Of a DNA stretch of 64,000 bases, positions 29,448 through 44,978 are shown in pieces. The stretch lies in the sequence record PQ471515.1. One strand, written 5' to 3'. The first letter of the stretch is position 1. Each line of letters begins with the position of its first letter. A program made the translations under genes and the position numbers. The notes under the pieces are model-generated. The model had not been told where the DNA came from and searched no databases. It saw only the letters and a list, made by a program, of their open reading frames with translations.

Positions 29448-30165
29448 AAAAAGGTTTATTCCTTTCTGGATGGTCCCCGCTCATTGGGGACTTTCTGGTA
29501 AAGCGAAAGAGATTGCGAAAGCATACTACTATAACGATGATTATGAAGCTGATATGTTAGTTGCAGAACTTACATATCTAACACCATATGAAGTTGATGT
29601 AGCACAGTTGGATATCAAAAAGAAATACAATGTATTAGAAACTCTTGATTATCTAATAGCACAGGCAGATGTACAATTGAAGTATTCCAAGATTACCCGT
29701 GATGAGTATAATGTAAAATTACTTGATGCTAAATTAAGTACTGGTGCAATTACTCAAAAAGAGTATGATATGGAAGTAATCGAACTAATGCCTGATGGTG
29801 ATGACAAACGTCTTAAAGCTATCGAGTTTGCATATCGTTATGAAGAGATTACACAACAAGAGTATTCAAAGGAAATCTTTACTTTACGTAAAGAACCTTG
29901 GATTGATTTGGATGTAGTACTTAATCCAGAAACAAATGAAGTTGAATTTGTTTTTGATTATAATGAATACTTTTGGAAAAAGTTAAAAGCGGAAGGTCAT
30001 CCAGGCAATGACGAAGAAGAAATTATTGACAACTTCGTTAGAGACATGGGGCGTAAACTAGCTACGGATGATTTCAGTGATGATTATGACGTAAAGCTAG
30101 TGAATGCGAACGAAGGGTTAGAGAATCTACCTGGTTTACCTGAAGGGTTCCGTTCATACAAATAA
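29440..30165 (+). CDS. Hypothetical protein
   Basis: 241-aa ORF coupled to the co-chaperonin. Confidence 0.65.
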   Translation: MAKKRFIPFWMVPAHWGLSGKAKEIAKAYYYNDDYEADMLVAELTYLTPYEVDVAQLDIKKKYNVLETLDYLIAQADVQLKYSKITRDEYNVKLLDAKLSTGAITQKEYDMEVIELMPDGDDKRLKAIEFAYRYEEITQQEYSKEIFTLRKEPWIDLDVVLNPETNEVEFVFDYNEYFWKKLKAEGHPGNDEEEIIDNFVRDMGRKLATDDFSDDYDVKLVNANEGLENLPGLPEGFRSYK

Positions 30166-30197
30166 AAAAAGGAGAGCAAAAGCTCTCCTTTTCTTTT
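30165..30197. terminator. Bidirectional terminator
   Basis: AAAAGGAGAGC-AAAA-GCTCTCCTTTT between convergent genes. Confidence 0.85.
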
Positions 30198-30209
30198 ATC
30201 TTTAATTTA

Positions 30210-30899
30210 TTAAACCATCGCTGGGATGAATTTGAATAGTTTGATACCGAAGTCACCAGCAGCATCAGCAGCTTGGGAACGTAGAACAACTTCAGTAACA
30301 CCATCTTTAGCGAGTAGTGGAACTGCGGTTAGGTCATCAATTAGTAGACGGCCTTCTTCGATCTCAGTACTTGGAACGCCTTGGAAAGATTGAATATCTT
30401 TATCAAATACGTTAGCACGTTCAACGAGGAAAGTAACTACTGAAGCACTAGCGATATCAACAGACCCAACACTTAGGATACCGTCAGCAGCGTTGGTAAA
30501 ACCAGTAACTGCAAATGGCTCAACGTCGTTGCCAGCGATTTCGGAAGTAGCGATGATAACTGCACGTTGTTGAACAACATCAACGATTCGTTTAACGTTA
30601 GTTTGTGCAGCGTAAGCAGCGTTATAATCAGCTTCTAGAGTTGCTGCTTCAAATGGAGTACCATCGATACGGATGATACCTTTTTCGTTTAGATATGCAA
30701 CGATTTCATCAGCTACGTCAGTGTTTAGGAAACGTTGTAGACCAGCGAAAGAACCAACTGCACCAGTAACACGCACGTTAACATTACCAATTTTACTAAT
30801 TGCGATAGATGCTAGGGCGTTTTTGCCACAGAAGTAACCTAGAATTTTATCAAAGGAATAACCATTGATACGTTCAAAAGAAGTATTAGTATTAGACAT
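30210..30899 (-). CDS. Probable abundant virion protein (paralogue A)
   Basis: High-expression codons, late promoter at 31561-31568; shares QQRAV..TS and F..ER..VFDK with its neighbour. Confidence 0.55.
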   Translation of the reverse strand: MSNTNTSFERINGYSFDKILGYFCGKNALASIAISKIGNVNVRVTGAVGSFAGLQRFLNTDVADEIVAYLNEKGIIRIDGTPFEAATLEADYNAAYAAQTNVKRIVDVVQQRAVIIATSEIAGNDVEPFAVTGFTNAADGILSVGSVDIASASVVTFLVERANVFDKDIQSFQGVPSTEIEEGRLLIDDLTAVPLLAKDGVTEVVLRSQAADAAGDFGIKLFKFIPAMV

Positions 30900-30914
30900 A
30901 TTGTAGTCCCCCTA

Positions 30915-31514
30915 TTATAGTTGTACTGGTAGAGCAGCACGAACTTTAATTGCAACAGCGTCAGCGGCAGCAGCATCACCAACACCATCAGTACCTAGAG
31001 CAACATAAGATTTGGTACGGAAGAATTTAGCTTGTGCAATAGCTTTAGCTAGTTCAACAGTTGGATCAACTGGAACAGAGTAAGCAGCACCTGGGCGAAC
31101 TTCTTGTTTGTCAAATACGTCTTGACGTTCACAGATGAAGGTTAGAGCAACAGAACCAGCACCACCTGTAACATCAGCACCACTAGTACCAAACGCGATT
31201 ACGTTACCACCAACGGTTTTAAAGTCAGCAGGGATAACAACAGCGGTGTCTAGAGCTAGTACGGAAGTAGTAACTAGTACTGCACGTTGTTGTAGTAGTT
31301 GGGTAATCATGAATTGGTTGTATTGAGCATTGCTGATTGCAGTTTGTAGTGCTTCATCTTGAATTTCGGAACCGTCAGAAGTAACAGCGGTAGTACCAAC
31401 TTCAACATCTGCTGGTAGATCAACAACGATGGTTACGAAACCATTGTTACCACCCCAGTATTCACGAGCAGTAGCAGACATACCATAGTTACGGTTAAAA
31501 GAATTAAGACTCAT
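30915..31514 (-). CDS. Probable abundant virion protein (paralogue B)
   Basis: Same evidence as paralogue A. Confidence 0.55.
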   Translation of the reverse strand: MSLNSFNRNYGMSATAREYWGGNNGFVTIVVDLPADVEVGTTAVTSDGSEIQDEALQTAISNAQYNQFMITQLLQQRAVLVTTSVLALDTAVVIPADFKTVGGNVIAFGTSGADVTGGAGSVALTFICERQDVFDKQEVRPGAAYSVPVDPTVELAKAIAQAKFFRTKSYVALGTDGVGDAAAADAVAIKVRAALPVQL

Positions 31515-31647
31515 AAAAATCTCCTTGTCAAATTTTGTGCAGGAACACCCTGCTTAATATTATTTATCAAAAAATATAAACCACATTTAAATTTAAGGCA
31601 ATATTCCCTGATCTCTATGATATTATTTATCAAATCTGGGAAAGTGA

Positions 31648-36969
<5,322 letters not shown>

Positions 36970-37056
36970 GTAAATTGTTGATGAGTCAATGAAGACAAAT
37001 CAACGTTAATAGCCCGTTAAAACTTAACAAACAAACTAATGACAAGGAAGCCCAAT

Positions 37057-38106
37057 ATGCAAACTCTAGCTGAAATTCGTGCAAAACTAAAAGCTGAACA
37101 AGAAAAAGCAGAAGCACAGAAGAATGGTACATTTACAGGTGAACGTAAAGCCGATTCTTTCCTAGCTTTCTGGAATGTCCCTTACAATGAACCACTAAAC
37201 CTACGTTTTCTACCAGATGCTGATGAGTCTAACCCATTCTTCTGGCGTGAACGCGATATGATCAACCTAACGTTCCAAGGTATTGTTGGTATGCACACCG
37301 ATAAAGTTACCGTTCAAGTACCATGTAACGAAATGTGGGTTCCTAAATCATGTCCAATTCTTAAAGAAGTACGTCAATGGTTCCAAAGTGCGAATGAAAC
37401 TGGAAACGAAGAACTGAAAGCAATGGCTGGTCGTTACTGGAAAAAGAAAACCTATCTAATGCAATGTTTCGTTGCTCCTGATAGCGTAGCAGTAAAAGAC
37501 GATATTGCTCCAGAAAACCCAATCCGTCGTATCCTAGCTAACAAAGATATCTTTGATAAAGTTAAATCTATCCTGCTAAACCCAGGCATCAAAGAACTAC
37601 CAACTCACTACATTCACGGTCGTGACTTTGGTATTGTTAAAACTAAGAATGGTGGTGGTTACAATAGCTATGACATGTCTCAATTCTCCATGTCCGAGCG
37701 TCCACTCAATGAAGAAGAACTGGCAGCGATTGAAAAGTTTGGTCTATATAATCTAAATGATTTTATGCCAAAACAACCAACTCCAGAAGAGCTAAAAGCT
37801 ATCGAAGAAATGTTCGAAGCATCTGTTGATGGTAAACCTTATGACCCTGCACGTTGGGCTTTCGCTTACCGTCCAGCAGGTGTACAAAAACCAACAACTG
37901 GTACTATTAGTGAAAACAAACCTGCTCCACAAGCTCCAGTACAACAACCTGCTCCTGCACAAACTCCTGCACCGCAAGCACCAGTAGCTACTCCTACTCC
38001 TGCTGCTGAACCAGTAGCTGCTGCACCAGCACCAGTAGCTGAAGCTCCAAAAGAACAACTTTCTGCATCTGCACTAGTTGCTCGTTTGAAACAACAAGGT
38101 AAGTAA
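37057..38106 (+). CDS. Single-stranded DNA-binding protein (gp32-like)
   Basis: LRFLPDAD, CPIL, RYWKKKTY, GRDF...K....Y.SYD motifs; Pro/Ala-rich tail. Confidence 0.85.
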   Translation: MQTLAEIRAKLKAEQEKAEAQKNGTFTGERKADSFLAFWNVPYNEPLNLRFLPDADESNPFFWRERDMINLTFQGIVGMHTDKVTVQVPCNEMWVPKSCPILKEVRQWFQSANETGNEELKAMAGRYWKKKTYLMQCFVAPDSVAVKDDIAPENPIRRILANKDIFDKVKSILLNPGIKELPTHYIHGRDFGIVKTKNGGGYNSYDMSQFSMSERPLNEEELAAIEKFGLYNLNDFMPKQPTPEELKAIEEMFEASVDGKPYDPARWAFAYRPAGVQKPTTGTISENKPAPQAPVQQPAPAQTPAPQAPVATPTPAAEPVAAAPAPVAEAPKEQLSASALVARLKQQGK

Positions 38107-38123
38107 TAGTATTTGAAAAGTTA

Positions 38124-38152
38124 AGGGGCAACGGAGTTTGCCCCGTTTTATT
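38124..38152 (+). terminator. Intrinsic terminator
   Basis: GGGGCAA-CGGAGT-TTGCCCC followed by T-rich tail. Confidence 0.7.
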
Positions 38153-38175
38153 TCATAAAATTCAAGGAGCGAATT

Positions 38176-39294
38176 ATGAAAATGACAAGTGGTTTTGCAA
38201 ACATTCTAAAAAATAGTACTGGTAGTGTTAAAAAGAATACTGGTGTTAGCGTAGGCTTTCATGATCCTGATACATGGATTAGTACTGGTAACTTTGCTTT
38301 GAACTATCGTATTAGTGGTTATTTTGACCGTGGCATTCCACTGGGTAAAGTAACAATGTTTGCTGGTGAATCTGGTTCTGGTAAATCATTTATCGTTTCT
38401 GGAAACATCGCCCGTGAAGCACAACAACAAGGTATCTTTGTTGTTATGATTGATTCCGAGAACGCATTGGATTCAGATTGGCTACAAGCACTAGGTGTAG
38501 ACACTTCAGAAGAAAAACTACTAAAAGTAAACATGGGTATGATTGGTGATGTTGCTAAATTTACCTATGAGTTCATCGAAGGGTATCGTAAAGAATACGA
38601 AAATACTCCTAAAGAAGAACGTCAAAAAGTATTATTCATTATCGACTCAATTGGTATGTTGAATACTGAAGTTGCTAATGACCAGATGAAAGCTGGTAAC
38701 TTGAAAGGTGATATGGGTCACAAACCTAAACAGCTTAAAGCTTACATCACCAACTGCGTAAACTCGATTGGTTCACTTAACATTGGTATGGTTTGTGTAA
38801 ACCATAGTTATGAATCCCAAGATATGTTCAACCCTGATCCAAAAGTATCTGGTGGTAGTGGTTTGATTTATGCATCTTCTATGGTTATCGCAATGGGTAA
38901 ACTAAAACTTAAAGAAGATGAAGAAGGCAACAAGACTTCAGATGTAAGTGGTATTCGTTCTAAATGTAAAGTCATGAAGACTCGTTACAATAAACCATTT
39001 GAAGATGTTGAGATTAAAATTCCTTGGGATAAAGGTATGGACCCACGCAGTGGTCTACTAGATATGTTCGAGAAATATGAACTTATCGTTAAATCTGGTA
39101 ACCGTCTAATGTACGTTGATATTGACACTGGTGAACAGATTCTAAAATATCGTAAAGAATGGATGCGTAACGAAGATTCTTGCCTTGATTTAGTTATGAA
39201 TCAATTCAAACGTCACCCTTTGATTGAAGAAGTCAAAGAAGAAGAAAAAGGTGATGAATCATTTGGTACTGATATTGGAAGTAGTGAGGAATAA
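38176..39294 (+). CDS. uvsX: RecA-like recombinase UvsX
   Basis: GESGSGKS Walker A, IDSENALD, IDSIG, VSGGSG motifs. Confidence 0.93.
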   Translation: MKMTSGFANILKNSTGSVKKNTGVSVGFHDPDTWISTGNFALNYRISGYFDRGIPLGKVTMFAGESGSGKSFIVSGNIAREAQQQGIFVVMIDSENALDSDWLQALGVDTSEEKLLKVNMGMIGDVAKFTYEFIEGYRKEYENTPKEERQKVLFIIDSIGMLNTEVANDQMKAGNLKGDMGHKPKQLKAYITNCVNSIGSLNIGMVCVNHSYESQDMFNPDPKVSGGSGLIYASSMVIAMGKLKLKEDEEGNKTSDVSGIRSKCKVMKTRYNKPFEDVEIKIPWDKGMDPRSGLLDMFEKYELIVKSGNRLMYVDIDTGEQILKYRKEWMRNEDSCLDLVMNQFKRHPLIEEVKEEEKGDESFGTDIGSSEE

Positions 39295-39755
39295 TGAAAC
39301 CTTGGCATTGGATCATCAAAGATGATAAATCTAAAATAATCGACATGATTGAACACTTCGAAAAGGAAACGGAAGAAGCTCGTCGTGAAGTTAAAAAGAT
39401 TGGCATCATTGAAAAGATTGCTCAGGAGATTCCAGGCTGGCATGAGACTCGTCTCAGTCAGCTTCAAGAACTAGAAGCAGTACTTGAAATGCTAGAAATT
39501 GAAATGCGTCAACTACAAGCTGAAAAGTTTAAATATTTCCTTGAAGCATATCGTCGAGCACTATCATCTTCTGACTGTAAAAAGTATGTTGAAGGTGATA
39601 AAGAAGTTTGTGAATTATCCGAACTAATAAATGAAGTATCATATATCCGTAATACGTTTTCCAGTATTGTTAAATCCTTAGAGATGAAAGCTTTTCAGTT
39701 AAACAATATTGTGAGACTACGTGCTGCTGGTATTGAAGATGCACGTTTAGAATAA
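39294..39755 (+). CDS. uvsY: Recombination mediator UvsY-like
   Basis: Helical 153 aa after uvsX; KKYVEGD, KAFQLNNIVRLR.AG motifs. Confidence 0.75.
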   Translation: MKPWHWIIKDDKSKIIDMIEHFEKETEEARREVKKIGIIEKIAQEIPGWHETRLSQLQELEAVLEMLEIEMRQLQAEKFKYFLEAYRRALSSSDCKKYVEGDKEVCELSELINEVSYIRNTFSSIVKSLEMKAFQLNNIVRLRAAGIEDARLE

Positions 39756-39763
39756 CTATCCAT

Positions 39764-39790
39764 AAGGACGCATTACGCGTCCTTTTTCTA
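39764..39790 (+). terminator. Intrinsic terminator
   Basis: AAGGACGC-ATTAC-GCGTCCTT followed by TTTC. Confidence 0.75.
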
Positions 39791-39802
39791 TGCGAGAATA
39801 AA

Positions 39803-40621
39803 ATGACAAAATTAGATGAGTTCCTATCAAACGTATCAGTACTAGACACCGAAACAACTGGTGTCGAAAGTGAAGATGATATTATTGAATTTAGTATTTC
39901 ATATCCTCACGATGCACATGAGAATATTGATACTATTGATAACTACACTTTGCGTTATAAACCACTAAAAGATATACCACCAGAAGCAAGTGCTGTGCAT
40001 TTTATCAGTACTGAAGATGTAGCAAACTGCATTGGTTATAAAGATGACTTAGAAAACATTGACGCACTAATGGGGTGTCGTAATTATTTTATTGGACACA
40101 ACGTTCAATTTGACCGCCGAATGATGGTAGATAACGAATATAAATATCGTAACTCAGTTTCGCAGTACTTGCTCGATGAAGATAAATGGATTTGTACCCT
40201 TCGTTTAGCTAAGAAGATGTTTGCAGAAGACACTGAATTCAAAAACTTAACTCTAAGTTATTTGTGGTATAAATTTGGTTGCTATCGTGATGTACATCGT
40301 GCAGTCAATGCTCACGCAGCAAAAGATGACGTGTTTATGTGTTATCAAGTTCTAATCAAATTGATTGAAGTTGCGATTGAACGTGGACATATTGACCCTA
40401 ATGGTGACATTGGTGAACAAATCGTAACATTCTGTAATACACCAATGCGTTATAAATTCATGCCATTTGGTAAACACAAAGGCGAACCAATGGAAACTGT
40501 TCCATTGAACTATATTGAATGGATGATTACTAACAGTGATATTCTTGATGCAAGTAACCCAAACTGTGATAAAGATTTAGTATATACATTTGAGTACGAA
40601 TATAATACTCGAACTAATTAA
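39803..40621 (+). CDS. DEDDh 3'-5' exonuclease (DnaQ/ExoX-like)
   Basis: LDTETTG, GHNVQFD, HAAKDD; C-terminal MPFGKHKG motif. Confidence 0.9.
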   Translation: MTKLDEFLSNVSVLDTETTGVESEDDIIEFSISYPHDAHENIDTIDNYTLRYKPLKDIPPEASAVHFISTEDVANCIGYKDDLENIDALMGCRNYFIGHNVQFDRRMMVDNEYKYRNSVSQYLLDEDKWICTLRLAKKMFAEDTEFKNLTLSYLWYKFGCYRDVHRAVNAHAAKDDVFMCYQVLIKLIEVAIERGHIDPNGDIGEQIVTFCNTPMRYKFMPFGKHKGEPMETVPLNYIEWMITNSDILDASNPNCDKDLVYTFEYEYNTRTN

Positions 40622-40636
40622 TAAAGGTATTCATGG

Positions 40637-42121
40637 ATGAAAACTTGTAAGCTAACCTTACTGGACGAGGTTAATTGTAAATTTGAGGGACTAGATCCCT
40701 CAATTCGTCAGAAGATGATTCGTGCAACAGAATATGTACTTCCATACGCTAAGTTCACCCCTGCTGGTCGTATTGGTCGTTGGGATGGTAAGGTACAGTT
40801 TATGAACTTAGGTGGTAGTACTTACTACCACATGTTGGATAAGTTGTTGCCAATCTTAGATGAAGCAAAAATTGATATTGAACTTGAAGATCATCGTGTC
40901 AATTACGGATTCAATTTTGAACCAATTGATGAAGATATTTTTAGTGATGTTGTGTTTGGTGCTGGACACCACATGGAAGGTAAGTCAATCAAGCTCAGGG
41001 AGCATCAGGTGAACGCAGTTAATGCTTGCCTTGCAAACCCACATGGTTTATTATTAGCAGCTACAGGGGCTGGTAAAACGCTCATCACAGCGGCATTATC
41101 CAAGAAGGTACAGGAGTATGGACGTTCTGTGATTATCGTACCCAGTACTGATTTGGTGCAGCAAACATATGATGACTATGTTATGTGTGGTCTTGACACT
41201 GGAGTGTTCTATGGTGCACAGAAAGACTTTGGTCACCAACACACAATCACTACATGGCAGTCATTCAACTCTTTGTGGAAGAAAACAAAGAAAGGTGAAA
41301 TTGAACTGACTGAACAAGACGTTCATGACTTTATTGATGGTGTGGTTTGTGTGATTGTCGATGAGTGTCAAGGTGCTGGTGGTGATGCATTAGTTCAAGT
41401 ACTCTCTAAAGTTATGAATAACGTCCCACTTCGCTGGGGATTAACTGGTACAATCCCTAAAGACCAAGTTGTCGCAGCGAAGATTAAATGTAACGTTGGT
41501 GATGTGATATTTAAAATCACAGCTAAAGAATTACAAGATAAAAAAATACTAAGCACATGTAATGTGAACTGTATTAAACTTAAAAGTAATTTAAAGTTCG
41601 CGTCATATGCAGAAGAATTGAAGTACTTAGTTACTGACCGTGATAGAATGGCATATGTAGCATCACTGATAGGTGCGTTAGCAGAATCTGGAAACACGTT
41701 AGTACTGGTTGATAGACTTGAAGCTGGTGAATTGCTTTGTGAATTTTTGGGTATTCCTAAGTCAGAATTTGTTCGTGGGGAAACCAAAAAGAAAGACCGT
41801 GAATCTTCATATGGTGAAATTCGCTGGGCTGATAACAAAATACTCATTGCAACCTATGGGGTAGCAAGTACTGGTATCAGTATTTCTCGTTTGTATAATG
41901 TCGTTCTAATCGAACCAGGAAAAAGCTTCGTTCGTACAATACAGTCCATTGGTCGTGGGTTGCGTCGTGCAGAAGACAAAGACCACGTGGAAATCTTTGA
42001 TATCAGTGGTACAAACAAATATAGTGCAAAACACTTACGTGAACGTTTACAATACTATAAGGAAGCACAATATCCTCATAGTATCATAGATGTTAAGGAT
42101 TGGGAAAATACAGCGGGATAA
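40637..42121 (+). CDS. uvsW: SF2 DNA helicase UvsW
   Basis: ATGAGKT, IVDECQ, GLTGT, QSIGRGLR motifs. Confidence 0.92.
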   Translation: MKTCKLTLLDEVNCKFEGLDPSIRQKMIRATEYVLPYAKFTPAGRIGRWDGKVQFMNLGGSTYYHMLDKLLPILDEAKIDIELEDHRVNYGFNFEPIDEDIFSDVVFGAGHHMEGKSIKLREHQVNAVNACLANPHGLLLAATGAGKTLITAALSKKVQEYGRSVIIVPSTDLVQQTYDDYVMCGLDTGVFYGAQKDFGHQHTITTWQSFNSLWKKTKKGEIELTEQDVHDFIDGVVCVIVDECQGAGGDALVQVLSKVMNNVPLRWGLTGTIPKDQVVAAKIKCNVGDVIFKITAKELQDKKILSTCNVNCIKLKSNLKFASYAEELKYLVTDRDRMAYVASLIGALAESGNTLVLVDRLEAGELLCEFLGIPKSEFVRGETKKKDRESSYGEIRWADNKILIATYGVASTGISISRLYNVVLIEPGKSFVRTIQSIGRGLRRAEDKDHVEIFDISGTNKYSAKHLRERLQYYKEAQYPHSIIDVKDWENTAG

Positions 42122-42142
42122 TCCCGCTGTACATGATATAAT
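42115..42142 (+). promoter_or_regulatory. RRGA(T)A-N16-TATAAT promoter overlapping a hairpin (CAGCGGGAT-A-ATCCCGCTG)
   Basis: GGGATA-16 nt-TATAAT, TG-extended. Confidence 0.55.
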
Positions 42143-42177
42143 GTGTCGTATGACAACAACAAGGAAGTAAAATAAAA

Positions 42178-42606
42178 ATGGAATTAAGATCTAGTATTGC
42201 TTTTATCTGTGACCAAGAAACGTTAGATGTAATTGATGTATTGTTGAATGATGATGGTATTATGGATGACATGGTATCTTCACTTGACTATATACCTGAA
42301 CTAGAAACTGACGATACTAATGTTTGGAGATGTAATATTGACACTAATTCATGGATTAATATCTATGAATTGCAAACCAGAATTGACTCGAAAGTTGAAT
42401 CATTAAAATATGATATCATCTATGCAAGTACTGATACTACAACGTTTATTGATGTTGTTAGTCTTAGTGGTAATTTTGATTCTTACTTAGATACCGATGT
42501 TGATAAGATTCAAGAAATGTGTGAAACGTATGGTCTTGAATTCTATGGTACATCCGATGAAGATGAAGAAGATTACTACGATGAAGATGAAGATTCCCAG
42601 TACTAA
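42178..42606 (+). CDS. Acidic hypothetical protein
   Basis: ORF with SD. Confidence 0.6.
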   Translation: MELRSSIAFICDQETLDVIDVLLNDDGIMDDMVSSLDYIPELETDDTNVWRCNIDTNSWINIYELQTRIDSKVESLKYDIIYASTDTTTFIDVVSLSGNFDSYLDTDVDKIQEMCETYGLEFYGTSDEDEEDYYDEDEDSQY

Positions 42607-42615
42607 GGAGATGAG

Positions 42616-43113
42616 ATGAACGTATTAACCCCAGAAAATAATTCATTTGATATGGATTTAGTAACTGAACACATTCCATCAGAAATGTATTGTGTTTTAG
42701 ATTTGAGTCCAAACGGTGACTCTGACTTTTATTTTCGCCACATTTTGAACACTGTATCATTTAATAGTATCAGTGCTGATTTGCAGATTGGTGAAAAGGT
42801 TATCCAAGTACCATTGGGTTGGCAAATCATGTTGGGTGATGAAGAGACGGGTATGGTTGAGATGTGTACCATTGAAAACATTCTTAATATGAAAGAACCA
42901 AAAGCTTTTGTTTACAATCCAATCCGTTCGATGTATCCTAAGTTCGAACCTGTAAAAGTACTGCGTGTATTCGCACTCACTACTAAGTGGCAGATCCCTA
43001 TGCTGCCTAAGAAGAACTTACTATGTGTTCCTCTGCACAGTGGTGATAATCCACCTTGTGTTTACTTTGCAGATGAGAACGAGAAAATTCAAGATTTGTA
43101 TCTAGGAGTGTAA
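42616..43113 (+). CDS. Hypothetical protein
   Basis: ORF with AAGGAG SD. Confidence 0.65.
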   Translation: MNVLTPENNSFDMDLVTEHIPSEMYCVLDLSPNGDSDFYFRHILNTVSFNSISADLQIGEKVIQVPLGWQIMLGDEETGMVEMCTIENILNMKEPKAFVYNPIRSMYPKFEPVKVLRVFALTTKWQIPMLPKKNLLCVPLHSGDNPPCVYFADENEKIQDLYLGV

Positions 43114-43115
43114 TA

Positions 43116-43961
43116 GTGTTAGATTTCAGTAATATTAAAGCTAAGTCAGTAGACGAAAACGATAAACCAACCCAGCATACATTTTCTATTGCTGAATTTC
43201 TAAAACATATTGACCGTGCAGATTACAAATACTATAATGACATGACCGAAGATGAGCGTAAGGAATTTACGCCTTATACTGTACTTCGTTGGGTAAGTTC
43301 ACTTGATGACTCACTTCAAGTAACTTTCCCTAGTAGTAAAGTGGAAAACGTATTTGGTAAGTGGAAAGCTGGTGGCAAAGAAGCACTCACTGAACTTGTC
43401 AAAGAACTCAATAGTACTGGTGTTAATGTAACATCAGTTACTAAGTACTGTCACAGTGACTATGATTGGCGTATCAAGTTTGCCGTACAAAGCAATGATG
43501 ATGCTAACAAGTTGATTGCAGCAATGACTGAATTTAGTATTGCTGGTGGACAGATCATCTCATTGGTTGACAGTGACGTTGTACGTTATCAGTTGATTAT
43601 GTTGAATGATATGGTTAATGATGGGTTCTGGGACATGAAAGAACACCCTGAACTTGTATATCAACTACTATGTTCTGTTCATGATATGTTGGGTGGTAAG
43701 GAATTGCCACGAAACTGGTTAAACTTTTCCAAGAGTTTTAAGCGTGCTAATAATGAATTATTTGAACTCATTAAAAGTACACAGCCAGATTCAATCGCAA
43801 CTCAAATGAACGAAGATGAATATAAAATTGTTTTGTTGCAATATAACAAAAAAACATTCGAGTCTTTCCTTGAAGACATAGGTTTACAAGAGAAAGAAAT
43901 GAAATCAATGATGAAATTATTTAAAGAAGAATGTAAGAAATATGGCAAAGAAATCAAGTAG
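43116..43961 (+). CDS. Hypothetical protein, possibly clamp-loader small subunit-like
   Basis: GTG start with AGGAG SD; weak gp62-like N-terminal pattern (F.PY...RW.S). Confidence 0.45.
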   Translation: MLDFSNIKAKSVDENDKPTQHTFSIAEFLKHIDRADYKYYNDMTEDERKEFTPYTVLRWVSSLDDSLQVTFPSSKVENVFGKWKAGGKEALTELVKELNSTGVNVTSVTKYCHSDYDWRIKFAVQSNDDANKLIAAMTEFSIAGGQIISLVDSDVVRYQLIMLNDMVNDGFWDMKEHPELVYQLLCSVHDMLGGKELPRNWLNFSKSFKRANNELFELIKSTQPDSIATQMNEDEYKIVLLQYNKKTFESFLEDIGLQEKEMKSMMKLFKEECKKYGKEIK

Positions 43962-44652
43962 TCCCGTATACAAATGTAAGTTCTGTGATAAAGAATTTAA
44001 ACGCGAAGACACAGTTAACACACATAAGTGTGTTAAACGTGACCGCTATGAAGATCGTGATAGCCGCCCCATGAGGGAGGCTTTTCGCATTTATATGCAA
44101 TTCATGGAGTTAAACCATTTCCCTTTCAAGAAGGGAGTTGAACCATTAATGGCTTTTATAAAATCAAAGTACTTTAGTGATTTTTATGATTTTGCAATTT
44201 ATTATTTGAACAACCGTGATATTTTAGATATTGATGGTTTTGTAAAAAGTCTAATTGTAAGAAACCGTCCTATTATGGAATGGAGTACTTATAAAGCAAA
44301 GGATGAATGGATATTAGATTGTATTCGTTCAGAATCTCCCAATGCTGCGGTTTCCCGTAGTGTTGTTGCGATGGTGGAATGGGGTCAGAATCTGAACTTG
44401 GAGTGGAATAAGTTTTTTTCCAATGTGAGTTCTGCCCGTGCAATTGCATGGATTGAGAGTGGTAAGATTTCACCTTGGATTATCTGGTTAGCACCAAAAG
44501 AAAGTACTAATAAGTTTTTCAAGAATCTCTCTAACTCTGAAATCGAGTATATACTTAAATACATTGATCCTAGTTACTTTGAGGTTAAAACTATAAAGTA
44601 CAAAAAGGAATGTGATGAAATAAAAAGTATGCTACGTGAGGCTGGATTATGA
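43942..44652 (+). CDS. Protein with N-terminal C2H2-like zinc finger
   Basis: YKCKFCDKEFKREDTVNTHKC. Confidence 0.65.
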   Translation: MAKKSSSPVYKCKFCDKEFKREDTVNTHKCVKRDRYEDRDSRPMREAFRIYMQFMELNHFPFKKGVEPLMAFIKSKYFSDFYDFAIYYLNNRDILDIDGFVKSLIVRNRPIMEWSTYKAKDEWILDCIRSESPNAAVSRSVVAMVEWGQNLNLEWNKFFSNVSSARAIAWIESGKISPWIIWLAPKESTNKFFKNLSNSEIEYILKYIDPSYFEVKTIKYKKECDEIKSMLREAGL

Positions 44653-44978
44653 ATGGAAAAAGTATATATAATAAAATACCAGAAGGGTATGTACCTGTGC
44701 CAAAAGCAGATAAATCTAAATCTTTATCATTGCTTAGACAGGGTTCTATAACTGAAATTACACTTGATGGTAAAACCTTTCAGGTGCACGATCCTGTTCG
44801 TGTAGAAAAAATTATCAGTATGGTTGAAAGACATGAGGAAAGATTCTTTGGTCTAAGTCAAGAGTTGTCAAAGACCAAACAAAAGTGTACAATGTTAGAA
44901 AATCAGGTAACCAAATTATCTAACACTGTAAACAAATTGCAGGAGCAAATCAAAAATGCAGGATTCGACAAATTCTAA
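44649..44978 (+). CDS. Coiled-coil hypothetical protein
   Basis: C-terminal heptad pattern. Confidence 0.55.
   Translation: MNGKSIYNKIPEGYVPVPKADKSKSLSLLRQGSITEITLDGKTFQVHDPVRVEKIISMVERHEERFFGLSQELSKTKQKCTMLENQVTKLSNTVNKLQEQIKNAGFDKF

Noticed and set aside
37915-38060. Pro/Ala/Gln repeats in the ssb tail as a DNA repeat element
   Set aside because: Low-complexity protein linker only.
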